Source: an uncultured Clostridium sp.
Lineage (GTDB): Bacteria; Bacillota; Clostridia; Christensenellales; CAG-138
Direction of reading: 5' to 3'
DNA: 64,000 nucleotides
NCBI GenBank assembly: GCA_964600045.1
Contig: CAZRHS010000001.1
Location: 11,046 to 75,045, forward strand
The number at the start of each line of letters is the position of its first letter. The stretch's first letter is position 1. The position numbers and the translations under genes are program-made. This document shows positions 47,229-56,275 of this stretch, piece after piece. A model generated the notes under the pieces. It was not told the DNA's origin and did not search any database. It saw only the letters and a program-made list of their open reading frames with translations.

Positions 47229-48163
47229 GCGAGTTTAAGCACATTCCGATAATGCTTAATGAGGTTATGAGCCTAATTAAGCCCGAGCGCGGCGGAATAT
47301 ACGCGGACGGCACCTTAGGCGGCGGAGGGCACAGCGAAGCGATACTGAAAGCATTGCCCGAGAACGGAAAGCTTTACGGCATAGACCGGGACATGGACGC
47401 CATAAGCGCCGCAACAAAGCGGCTTGAGCCATTCGGCGATAAGTTCACGGCTCTTCACGGCAACTTCTTTGATATGAAGCGGCTTATGCAGGAGCAGGGC
47501 GTTGATAAGCTTGACGGGATACTGATGGACCTTGGCGTTTCATCGTATCAGCTGGACGCGCCGGAGCGGGGCTTTTCCTATAAAGAGGACGCGCCGCTTG
47601 ACATGAGAATGGATAAGAGCGCGCCGTTTAGTGCCTATGACGTTGTGAACGGATACACGAGCGAGCAGCTTTTCATAATAATAAAGGACTACGGCGAGGA
47701 GCGCTACGCATCAAGAATAGCGAACGCCATAGTTCGAACCAGGCAGGAAAAGCCGATTGAAACAACGCTTGAGCTTGCTAACATAATTGCCCGCAGCATG
47801 CCGGGCGCGGCAAGGCGGGAAGCACAGCACCCCGCGAAGCGAACGTTTCAGGCGATACGCATAGAGGTAAACAACGAGCTTGGCGGGCTTGAAAAGGCGA
47901 TAGAGGACGCGCACGACCTGCTTGCTCCCGGCGGAGTGATGGCGGTTATAACGTTCCATTCGCTGGAGGATAGGATTATAAAGCAGGCGTTCAGGCGGTT
48001 TGAAAAGCCCTGCACCTGCGATCCGCACGCCCCGGTTTGCACCTGCGGCAAGGTGCCCACGGCAAGGATACTTACAAAAAAGCCCCTTACGGCGGGCGAG
48101 GATGAGCTTGAATACAATCCCCGCGCCAGAAGCGCAAAGCTTAGGGCAATAGAGAAGATTTAA
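47225..48163 (+). CDS. rsmH: 16S rRNA (cytosine1402-N4)-methyltransferase RsmH
   Basis: 312 aa. HIPIMLNEV, DGTLGGGGHS, DLGVSSYQLD, ITFHSLEDR. ATGA overlap with mraZ. Confidence 0.95.
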   Translation: MSEFKHIPIMLNEVMSLIKPERGGIYADGTLGGGGHSEAILKALPENGKLYGIDRDMDAISAATKRLEPFGDKFTALHGNFFDMKRLMQEQGVDKLDGILMDLGVSSYQLDAPERGFSYKEDAPLDMRMDKSAPFSAYDVVNGYTSEQLFIIIKDYGEERYASRIANAIVRTRQEKPIETTLELANIIARSMPGAARREAQHPAKRTFQAIRIEVNNELGGLEKAIEDAHDLLAPGGVMAVITFHSLEDRIIKQAFRRFEKPCTCDPHAPVCTCGKVPTARILTKKPLTAGEDELEYNPRARSAKLRAIEKI

Positions 48164-48175
48164 TTTTTTAGGACG

Positions 48176-48742
48176 GTGAAAGCAATGGAGGCAGCTGCAA
48201 AGAAAAAACAGAATGTATACGCACCATCAAGGGTGTATTCATATTCAAACGCGGCTACCGCGGAAAAGCTTAACTACGGCGAAGAGGAATACATTCCCGC
48301 GCAGATACCGCGCACGGAGCCTAAGCGCCACGCCGCCCCGCAAACCCGCATTATAAGGGAAGCAACGCCCGCGGCCAAGCGAAAGCAAAGGCTGCTGCCA
48401 AAGCTTGTGAGCGTGGTTGGCGTGCTTACGATAGCGGCGATAATGATAGGCCTTGTTTTCAGGTACGCGACAATAGCAAGCGCGTATAAGGCCATAAACA
48501 GTACCGAAAGCAGCATAAAGGAAAGCCAAAGAAGAATTACGGAGCTTGAGGTTCAGCTTGACGAGGCGGTAACGCTTGAGGAGGCTAAACTGGCGGCGGC
48601 CGAGGCGGGGCTTAATTACCCCACGGCGGATCAGATAGTAACCGTTAACGGAACGGTAGGCAAATATATGAACGATACGGCAACGACCGAAACGGAAAGC
48701 GAAACCGAGCCGGACGGGGGTACGGCAGGCAGCGAGTCATAA
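48176..48742 (+). CDS. ftsL: FtsL-like cell division protein (single TM + coiled coil)
   Basis: 188 aa. The dcw position after rsmH, a TM helix LVSVVGVLTIAAIMIGLVF, and then a short coiled coil (IKESQRRITELEVQLDEA). An alternative start is ATG 48185. Confidence 0.55.
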   Translation: MKAMEAAAKKKQNVYAPSRVYSYSNAATAEKLNYGEEEYIPAQIPRTEPKRHAAPQTRIIREATPAAKRKQRLLPKLVSVVGVLTIAAIMIGLVFRYATIASAYKAINSTESSIKESQRRITELEVQLDEAVTLEEAKLAAAEAGLNYPTADQIVTVNGTVGKYMNDTATTETESETEPDGGTAGSES

Positions 48743-48796
48743 GTGGCTTGAGCGCGGAGTGCGACGGCTGATAAAACAAAAAAGGAGGGCGCAGCC

Positions 48797-50914
48797 TTGG
48801 ACGCACCGGATGCTTCTGAAAAAAAACGGCTTAAAATAATGCTGTGTATAATACTGGGCCTGTTCCTCCTTCTTTGCGCAAGGCTTGTGAAGATAATGGT
48901 GATAGACGGCGAGGAAATGACGGAGAAGGCCGAATCACAGCAAACGAGAAACACGCTTTTAAGCGCCACCAGGGGAAAGATAATAGATTCAACCGGAACG
49001 GTGCTCGCAAGGAACGCCACGGCATATAAAATAGTGGTTTGGCCCCAAAGCATAAAGGCGGACGAACGCGAAAGGGTAGCGAGGGAGCTATCCAATCTGC
49101 TCGATATGGATTACGCCAAGGTGCTTGAGCGAATAAGCTCGGATAAACAGGAAATTATACTTGCCCGCCAGGTAGAGCGGGAGATTGTTGATAAAATAGA
49201 TTCCATGAAGCTTGGCAGCGGCGTAGGCACGGCCATAGACACAAAGCGATACTATAGCTCCGGCGCGCTTTTCGCTCAGCTTTTGGGATTCACCACCGTG
49301 GACGGCGAAGGCCAGGCGGGACTTGAGCAGAAATACGACGAGTATCTTGCCGGCACACAGGGCCGCACAATAGCGGAAACGGACGCCAAGGGCAACGCGC
49401 TTGCTTACGGCGTGGAGGAAACGATAGAGGCTACGGACGGCGACGATATAATACTTACTACCGATGCCGTAATGCAGAGCGCGCTTGAAGAAGCGTGCGC
49501 CGAGATGCTGGAGGTTAACAACGCCGAAACCGTGCAGGGCATTATAATGGACTGCACCACGGGAGAAATAAAGGCCATAACCACCCAGCCGGACTTTGAC
49601 CCCAACTCCCCGCCAAGAAGCGACATGACGCTTTTAAGCTCCGTTATGAGAAACCGCGTTGTGGCGGATTCGTTCGAACCGGGAAGCGCGTTTGAGCTTA
49701 TAACCCTGGCGGCGGCGCTGGACAGCGGCACCGTAAATACGGAAACGAACCTTACTTGCACCGGAAGCTCAGACAAGAGCGGAAACGACGTAACCTGCTC
49801 AAAGCGCGGAGGGCACGGCGCCCAAACGCTTGAACAGGCCCTGCAGAACGGCTGCGATACCTGCCTTGCGGACATTGCGCTGGACATAGGAACGGAAACG
49901 TTTTATGACTATTTGTACTCCTTCGGGTTCGGCTCCTCAACGGGCAGCGGAATAAACGGGGAGAGCGCGGGCAACGTAACCCACCAGAAATACGTTACAA
50001 AAAGCGTGCTTGCCCGCATAGGAATAGGCGAAGACATAGAGATAACGCCCATTCAGCTTGCCTCGGCCGTATGTGCCGCGGTAAACGGCGGAAACCTTAT
50101 GCAGCCCTATGTGGTTGATAGAATTGTCGCGCAGGACGGCACGGTGGTGCTGCAGAATAGCCCCACGGTTGTAAGAAGGGTTATAAGTCAGGGAACCTCC
50201 GCGCTTGTAAGGCAGATAGCCCAAAGCATGGTAAGTGACGGCAGCTGCAAAAACGCGGCCGTACCGGGATATGACGTTGGCGGCATGAGCGGCGTTTCGT
50301 ATTCATCCGATGATGCCGGCCTTACCGTTTCATTTATAGGCTTTGCCCCCGCGGACGATCCGAAGTACGTTTGCCTTATATTGGCGGACGGGGCGCAGGT
50401 TGGCGAAAAGCTTGGCAATTACGCCGCGGCGCCTTACTTCAGGCAGGTTACGGAAGAAGTGCTTATGTATTCAGCCTATCTTCCCGAGTCAACCGTAGGC
50501 AGTGTGCTTTTGAGCGACGTTACCGGAACAACCGTAGCCGAGGCCAAGAGCGCGCTTAAGGAGCTTGGGCTTGAGGTAATAACTCAGGACGATGAAAACG
50601 AGCTTGTAACGGCCCAGGTGCCTGCCGCAGGTTCATCGGTTAAGGCGGGAAGCCCGGTGCTGCTATATACGGTTATGACATCCGCCCAAACCTCAAATGG
50701 GGTAAGCGAAGAGGACGAAACCGTAACGGTTCCCGATGTTCTTGGCAAAACAAGGCTTGCCGCGAGCGACGCGCTCAAGGCGGCAGGGCTTACTATTAAA
50801 ATAGATCCGCCGGATCAATCCGGCAAAGCTATAAGGCAGTCCCCCGCAGCGGGGGAATCGGTACTTAAGGGTACCGAGGTGCTTGTTGAATTTTCTGATA
50901 CGGGAATAGGCTGA
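48797..50914 (+). CDS. Class B penicillin-binding protein homologue (PBP2B/SpoVD/FtsI-like, 2 PASTA) with degenerate catalytic motifs
   Basis: 705 aa from TTG, after AAGGAGG. TM anchor, PBP dimerisation domain, transpeptidase fold and two C-terminal PASTA repeats. The motif positions read SAFE / GCD / MSG instead of SxxK / SxN / KTG (see findings). Confidence 0.85.
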   Translation: MDAPDASEKKRLKIMLCIILGLFLLLCARLVKIMVIDGEEMTEKAESQQTRNTLLSATRGKIIDSTGTVLARNATAYKIVVWPQSIKADERERVARELSNLLDMDYAKVLERISSDKQEIILARQVEREIVDKIDSMKLGSGVGTAIDTKRYYSSGALFAQLLGFTTVDGEGQAGLEQKYDEYLAGTQGRTIAETDAKGNALAYGVEETIEATDGDDIILTTDAVMQSALEEACAEMLEVNNAETVQGIIMDCTTGEIKAITTQPDFDPNSPPRSDMTLLSSVMRNRVVADSFEPGSAFELITLAAALDSGTVNTETNLTCTGSSDKSGNDVTCSKRGGHGAQTLEQALQNGCDTCLADIALDIGTETFYDYLYSFGFGSSTGSGINGESAGNVTHQKYVTKSVLARIGIGEDIEITPIQLASAVCAAVNGGNLMQPYVVDRIVAQDGTVVLQNSPTVVRRVISQGTSALVRQIAQSMVSDGSCKNAAVPGYDVGGMSGVSYSSDDAGLTVSFIGFAPADDPKYVCLILADGAQVGEKLGNYAAAPYFRQVTEEVLMYSAYLPESTVGSVLLSDVTGTTVAEAKSALKELGLEVITQDDENELVTAQVPAAGSSVKAGSPVLLYTVMTSAQTSNGVSEEDETVTVPDVLGKTRLAASDALKAAGLTIKIDPPDQSGKAIRQSPAAGESVLKGTEVLVEFSDTGIG

Positions 50915-50938
50915 TGCCTCTTCCGGGAAAGGCGAAAG

Positions 50939-52381
50939 ATGCTGCTTAGTCAACTGGCCAAAGCCACCGAGTGCACGCTTGTTGGTGAGGATATAGAGAT
51001 AGCAAACATAGAATATGATTCACGCAGGGTGCATGAAGGCGATCTTTTCTGCTGCGTAACCGGAACATTTTCGGATGGCCACGCTTACGCGCCCATGGCG
51101 AAGGAGCTTGGCGCGGCGGCGCTCGTGGTTGAGCACAGGCTTGATATAGACCTGCCGCAGGTGATAGTTCCAAATACCCGCGTGGCAATGGCGGAAATGG
51201 CGGCGGCGTACTACGGCTACCCCTCAAGGGATATGAAGATGGTTGGCGTAACCGGCACAAACGGCAAAACCAGCACCACATACATGATAAAAAGAATAGC
51301 GGAGGAAGCGGGGCTTAAGGTTGGCCTTATAGGCACGATACACAACCTGATAGGCGACAGAATAATAGAAACCGAGCGCACCACCCCCGCCAGCGTGGAT
51401 CTTCAGAAAATACTGAGGGACATGAAAAACTCCGGCGTGGAGCTTGTGGTAATGGAGGTTTCGTCCCACGCTTTGGACCAGGCAAGGGTACACGGGGTGG
51501 AATTCGATATAGGCATATTCACCAACCTTACCCAGGACCATCTGGACTACCACAAAACGTTTGAAAACTACCTTGCCGCGAAAAAGAAGCTGTTTACGCA
51601 GTCCAAGCGCGCGATAGTGAACGCGGACGATCCGCACTACAAGGCCATTACCGAAGGCCTCGGCATCCCCGTAACCACATTCGGCATCAGGGAAAAGGCC
51701 GATTTTACCGCAAGCGATATAGAGATTACAACGGCCGGCGCGCAGTTCACCATGAACTCCCCCGAAGGCAGCTTGAACCTAAAGGTTAATATACCGGGAC
51801 TTTTCAGCGTGTTTAACGCGCTTGGCGCCGCGGCGGCGTGTACGCTGCTTGGGTTCGATGCGGACGACATAAAAGAAGGCTTAGCTAAGCTTAAGTCCGT
51901 ATCGGGCAGGCTTGAGCCCCTGCCCACGGATGGGGATTACAGCGTTTTGCTGGACTATGCCCATACCCCGGATGCCCTTGAAAACGTGCTGCGCACGGTG
52001 CGCGGCTTTGCCCGCGGCAGGGTTGTTACCCTGTTTGGCTGCGGCGGCAATCGCGACAAGGCAAAGCGCCCCATAATGGGCGAAATAGCCGGCAGGTTCT
52101 CGGATTTCCTTGTTGTAACAAGCGACAACCCGCGCGATGAGGAGCCAATGAGCATTATAAACAGCGTGCTTGAGGGCGTGAATAAATCCGGCTGCCCCCA
52201 CGTTGTTATAGAGGATAGGCGCGCCGCCATAAAATATGCCCTTGAAAACGCGAAGGAGAAGGACGTTATAGTTCTTGCCGGCAAGGGGCACGAGAATTAT
52301 CAGGAAATAGGCGGCGGAAAGCGCCACTTTGACGAAAAGGAAATTGTGGCCGAGCTTTTGGAAGAGCTGGGCAGAAAATAA
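50939..52381 (+). CDS. murE: UDP-MurNAc-L-Ala-D-Glu:meso-diaminopimelate ligase MurE
   Basis: 480 aa. GVTGTNGKTST P-loop, LDYAHTPDAL, and the DNPR motif (TSDNPRDE) typical of DAP-adding MurE. Confidence 0.95.
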   Translation: MLLSQLAKATECTLVGEDIEIANIEYDSRRVHEGDLFCCVTGTFSDGHAYAPMAKELGAAALVVEHRLDIDLPQVIVPNTRVAMAEMAAAYYGYPSRDMKMVGVTGTNGKTSTTYMIKRIAEEAGLKVGLIGTIHNLIGDRIIETERTTPASVDLQKILRDMKNSGVELVVMEVSSHALDQARVHGVEFDIGIFTNLTQDHLDYHKTFENYLAAKKKLFTQSKRAIVNADDPHYKAITEGLGIPVTTFGIREKADFTASDIEITTAGAQFTMNSPEGSLNLKVNIPGLFSVFNALGAAAACTLLGFDADDIKEGLAKLKSVSGRLEPLPTDGDYSVLLDYAHTPDALENVLRTVRGFARGRVVTLFGCGGNRDKAKRPIMGEIAGRFSDFLVVTSDNPRDEEPMSIINSVLEGVNKSGCPHVVIEDRRAAIKYALENAKEKDVIVLAGKGHENYQEIGGGKRHFDEKEIVAELLEELGRK

Positions 52382-52418
52382 ATCGAACGGGCTAAGCACC
52401 CTTTATCGGAGGAGATAA

Positions 52419-53426
52419 ATGAAGTTTGCTGTATTGGCGTTTTTAGTTTCGGCGGCCGTGACAATGCTTCTGGCGCCGGTTATCATACCGATGCTCAGGC
52501 GGCTTAAATTCGGCCAGAACGAGCGCAGCGACGGCCCGCAGAGCCACCTTACCAAGGCCGGCACCCCCACCATGGGCGGCATGATGTTCATAGCGGGCAT
52601 AATCGTGGGCACAATAGCGTTTTCGCTTAACGCAACGGAGCTTGTGCTCCCCGCGCTTTTAGGCATGGCGGCGTTCGCGGTTATAGGCTTCCTTGATGAT
52701 TTTCTTAAGGTTAAACGCAAAAATACCGTTGGCTTAAGGCCTTATCAGAAGATTATAGCGCAGTTTGTGGTTGCATTCGTGCTTGCGCTTTATGCTTACA
52801 GCTCCCCCTTCGTGGGCTCAAAGATATACCTCGCGTTCTTCAAAACCGAGTGGGATCTTGGCATATTCTATATACCGGTGATGATGTTCATCATAATCGG
52901 CACCGTTAATTCCGTAAACCTTACCGATGGCCTCGACGGCCTCTGCTCAAGCGTTTCGCTTGTATATTCCCTCAGCATGACGGCCATGTTCCTTCTTATG
53001 GCGTCCACGGCGCTTACCGTTTCAAACGCGGTGCAGTCCCAGTACGCGGCGGAGCTTGACTCAATGGCCATATTCGCGGCCTCGGTTGCCGGCGGCTGCA
53101 TGGGCTTTTTGAAAAACAATACCTATCCCGCCCGCGTGTTTATGGGCGACACGGGTTCCATGGCGCTTGGCGGGGCGATAGCCGTAATGGCCATGTTCAG
53201 CCGCAGCGTGCTGCTGCTTGCCATAATGGGCGGCTGCTTCGTAGCCAGCAGCGTTTCCTGCATACTGCAGGTTGGCTCCTATAAGCTGAGAAAAAAGCGT
53301 ATATTCAAAATGGCCCCGCTGCATCATCATTTTGAGCTTCTGGGCTGCACCGAAACCCATATAGTTTCGGCGTATACGATAGTAACCGTATTCCTTTGCT
53401 TAGTGTGCCTTCTGGCATATCTATAA
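52419..53426 (+). CDS. mraY: Phospho-N-acetylmuramoyl-pentapeptide transferase MraY
   Basis: 335 aa. Polytopic membrane protein with GTPTMGG, NLTDGLDGL, FMGDTGSMALGG, APLHHHFE. Confidence 0.95.
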   Translation: MKFAVLAFLVSAAVTMLLAPVIIPMLRRLKFGQNERSDGPQSHLTKAGTPTMGGMMFIAGIIVGTIAFSLNATELVLPALLGMAAFAVIGFLDDFLKVKRKNTVGLRPYQKIIAQFVVAFVLALYAYSSPFVGSKIYLAFFKTEWDLGIFYIPVMMFIIIGTVNSVNLTDGLDGLCSSVSLVYSLSMTAMFLLMASTALTVSNAVQSQYAAELDSMAIFAASVAGGCMGFLKNNTYPARVFMGDTGSMALGGAIAVMAMFSRSVLLLAIMGGCFVASSVSCILQVGSYKLRKKRIFKMAPLHHHFELLGCTETHIVSAYTIVTVFLCLVCLLAYL

Positions 53427-53436
53427 ATTTTTTATT

Positions 53437-53575
53437 AGGTCGTTCGGTGCGTGCGGGCGAAGCCGTGGTTCCTTGGCGCTTGGCACGGCGTGCGCTTAAA
53501 GGTTAAGACGCTTGAGACAGAGCGCGGCTCTTTTGTCTCAAGCCTCCTGACCGGCATCGAACGGCCTCTTTTTTT
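53437..53575 (+). promoter_or_regulatory. Branched structured RNA element ending in a U-tract (terminator/attenuator or small RNA candidate)
   Basis: A 13-bp closing helix, 53437-53449 AGGTCGTTCGGTG / 53555-53567 CATCGAACGGCCT (2 G-U pairs), encloses three hairpins: 53462-67/53484-89; 53495-53507; 53511-53542. It is followed by CTTTTTTT (53568-53575). Confidence 0.4.
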
Positions 53576-53603
53576 GAATTAAACGCTAAAAGCGTATATA
53601 ATA
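53574..53603 (+). promoter_or_regulatory. Possible internal promoter for murD-ftsW
   Basis: TTGAAT (53574-53579), an 18-nt spacer, then TATAAT (53598-53603), 43 nt upstream of the murD ATG. Confidence 0.35.
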
Positions 53604-53645
53604 AGATTTAATACTGACTTCAACCATAAGGGGGAGGTAAAACAG

Positions 53646-55010
53646 ATGAAAAAGAACGGAAAAAAGGCCGTGGTAATAGGCATGGCCAAAAGCGGTATCG
53701 CGGGCGCGAGGCTGCTTTATAACCTTGGGTACGATGTTACGATTAACGATATGAAAACGGATATTCCGGGCCTTGAGGAAGCGCTTAGCGGCGTTGAGTA
53801 CACCAATGCCCTGGGCGTTGACCACGCGGAGGCCGTAAAGGGCGCGGACCTTGTTATGCTAAGCCCCGTTGTGCCTATATTCAGCCCATTTGTTGAGCAG
53901 GCACGCGCGGCGGGCGCGGAGGTTATAGGCGAAATAGAGCTTGGCTACCGCTGCTCAAACCGCGGAACAAAGTTTATATGCATAAGCGGCACAAACGGCA
54001 AAACCACAACCACAGCCCTTACCGGAGAGCTTTTCAAGGCGGCCGGGAAGCACACATTCGTGCTTGGCAACATAGGCGTTCCCATAACGGCGCACGCGCT
54101 TGAAACAAAGGAAGGGGACTACGTTGTGGCGGAAACGGCGGCGCTTCAGCTTGAGAGCATACAAAGCTTCCACGCAAACGCATTCGGCATGCTGAACATA
54201 ACCGAGGACCATCTGAACCGCTTCCAGTACAAGATGGAGAATTACATTGCCGCCAAATGCCGCGGCTTTGAGAACCAGACTGAGGACGACTTCGCCGCGC
54301 TCAATTACGATGACCCGATAGTGAGGGACATGGCAAAGCTTACCCGCGCGCGCGTACTCTATTTTTCGCAGGAAATCGAGCCTGAAAACGGCGCGTTCAT
54401 ACGCTCCGGCAGGATTATATTCCGCCTGGACGGCAAGGAAACCGACCTTATTGCCACGGACGAGCTTAGAATACCCGGCAAGCATAATATAGAAAACGCG
54501 CTTTGTGCCGTTTGCCTCGCTATGTGCCAGGGACTTGACGCGGATGCCGTAAGACGCGGGCTTAAGGAGTTCCCCGGCGTTGAGCACAGGATTGAGTTTG
54601 TTCGCGAAAAGGACGGCGTGGCCTGGATTAACGATTCCAAGGGCACAAACCCGGATTCAACCATAAAGGCCGTGCAGGCCATGACAAGGCCCACAATACT
54701 TCTCTTAGGCGTTGGCAACTACGATAAGAAGAGCGACTTCACGCCGCTGTTTGAGGCCTTTGACGGCAAGATAAAGGCCGTTATAGCAAGCGGGCTCAAC
54801 GTGCCCGCCATACAGCGCGCGGCGGAGAAAACGGGCTATTCCCCCGTTTATGTAAACGACGGCCCCATGATAGATATGCTTAAGCAGGCGCAGAGCCTTG
54901 CCGAAAGCGGGGACGCCGTGCTGCTTTCCCCTGCGGCCGCAAGCTGGGGCATATACGATAACTATGAGCAGCGCGGTGAAATATTCAAGGATCTTGTAAA
55001 TAAGCTTTAA
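53646..55010 (+). CDS. murD: UDP-MurNAc-L-alanine:D-glutamate ligase MurD
   Basis: 454 aa. N-terminal Rossmann VIGMAKSGIA and the P-loop ISGTNGKTTTT. Strong RBS GGGGGAGG. Confidence 0.95.
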   Translation: MKKNGKKAVVIGMAKSGIAGARLLYNLGYDVTINDMKTDIPGLEEALSGVEYTNALGVDHAEAVKGADLVMLSPVVPIFSPFVEQARAAGAEVIGEIELGYRCSNRGTKFICISGTNGKTTTTALTGELFKAAGKHTFVLGNIGVPITAHALETKEGDYVVAETAALQLESIQSFHANAFGMLNITEDHLNRFQYKMENYIAAKCRGFENQTEDDFAALNYDDPIVRDMAKLTRARVLYFSQEIEPENGAFIRSGRIIFRLDGKETDLIATDELRIPGKHNIENALCAVCLAMCQGLDADAVRRGLKEFPGVEHRIEFVREKDGVAWINDSKGTNPDSTIKAVQAMTRPTILLLGVGNYDKKSDFTPLFEAFDGKIKAVIASGLNVPAIQRAAEKTGYSPVYVNDGPMIDMLKQAQSLAESGDAVLLSPAAASWGIYDNYEQRGEIFKDLVNKL

Positions 55011-55038
55011 TTAAGCAAAGTAGGCTAAGGAGAGAAAT

Positions 55039-56214
55039 TTGGAGCAGGTAAGCAGCACCCCGGCGCTCAACTCCCGGGGAAAAGTACAGAATACAAGGAT
55101 GAGGCCGCTGGTTTCAAGAACAGGGCCCCTTGATTTTCCGCTGCTTATAACGGTTGTCATTCTCTGCGCCTTCGGCCTTGTTATGGTATTTTCCGCCAGC
55201 TATTATTACGCCCAGAACAAGAATATGGACAACGGCTTTTATTATCTTAAAAACCAAAGCATGTTCTTCGCGATAGGCTTCGTGTTTATGATAGGCATAA
55301 GTTTTTTTGACTACCATATTCTTGAAAAGCTTAAAACGTTTGCGCTTGTGGCAATGGTTGCGCTTATGCTGGCGGTTGTTTTCTGGGGCGTTGAAAGAAA
55401 CGGCGCCAAGCGCTGGCTGGACTTTTCAAAGCTTGGCATATCCCTTTCCTTCCAGCCTTCGGAGATGGCAAAGTTCGTGCTGGCGCTGTATATGGCCTCC
55501 TTTATGGCAAAGCGGCAGCAGCTTATGACCAGCTTCAGCCGCGGCATTATGCCCATGCTTATGATAATGGGCCTGTTCGCGGTGCTCCTGCTTGCGCAGA
55601 AAAACATGTCCATGATGGTTATAATGCTTATGACCGGCGCCGTAATGCTGTTTTTCGGCGGGGCAAGGATAAAGCACCTGCTGATACTTGCGGCCATTGG
55701 TGTTCCGGTTCTTGTAATAGCCGTTTTGATGGAGGATTACAGAGTTCAAAGGGTTACCATGTTCTGGGACCCCTGGACAAGCACGGCAAACGGCGCGTAT
55801 CAGCTGCGCCAGTCGCTTATAGCTTTGGGCTCGGGCGGCATATTCGGCAAGGGACTTAACTTCAGCCGGCAAAAGCTACTGTTTCTGCCTTACGGCGAGA
55901 GCGACTTTATATTCGCCATAATAGGCGAGGAGCTTGGGCTTGTGGGCAGCGTGCTGCTTCTTGGCGCGTACGCGTTCCTTGTATACAGGGGCATACGCAT
56001 AGCGATGCGGTGCAAGGATCGCTTCGGCAGCCTTCTTGCCGCGGGCATAACAAGCGTTATAGGCATGCAGGCGATAGTTAATATTGCCGTTGCGACAAGC
56101 AGCGTGCCTACCACGGGCCAGACGCTGCCGTTTATAAGCGCGGGCGGCACAAGCCTTGTTATATTCCTGTGCGCCGTGGGCATATTGCTTAATATTTCAA
56201 GAAACACGCAGTAG
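55039..56214 (+). CDS. ftsW: SEDS-family peptidoglycan polymerase FtsW/SpoVE
   Basis: 391 aa from TTG, after AAGGAGAG. Ten-TM SEDS pattern with QPSEMAKF, LPYGESDFIFAIIGEELG, PFISAGGTS. Confidence 0.9.
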   Translation: MEQVSSTPALNSRGKVQNTRMRPLVSRTGPLDFPLLITVVILCAFGLVMVFSASYYYAQNKNMDNGFYYLKNQSMFFAIGFVFMIGISFFDYHILEKLKTFALVAMVALMLAVVFWGVERNGAKRWLDFSKLGISLSFQPSEMAKFVLALYMASFMAKRQQLMTSFSRGIMPMLMIMGLFAVLLLAQKNMSMMVIMLMTGAVMLFFGGARIKHLLILAAIGVPVLVIAVLMEDYRVQRVTMFWDPWTSTANGAYQLRQSLIALGSGGIFGKGLNFSRQKLLFLPYGESDFIFAIIGEELGLVGSVLLLGAYAFLVYRGIRIAMRCKDRFGSLLAAGITSVIGMQAIVNIAVATSSVPTTGQTLPFISAGGTSLVIFLCAVGILLNISRNTQ

Positions 56215-56275
56215 TATATTAAATCAAATTCCGCGGCCGGCGGAGCAAGAATAAATTTGAAGGGAAAGCAAAACC

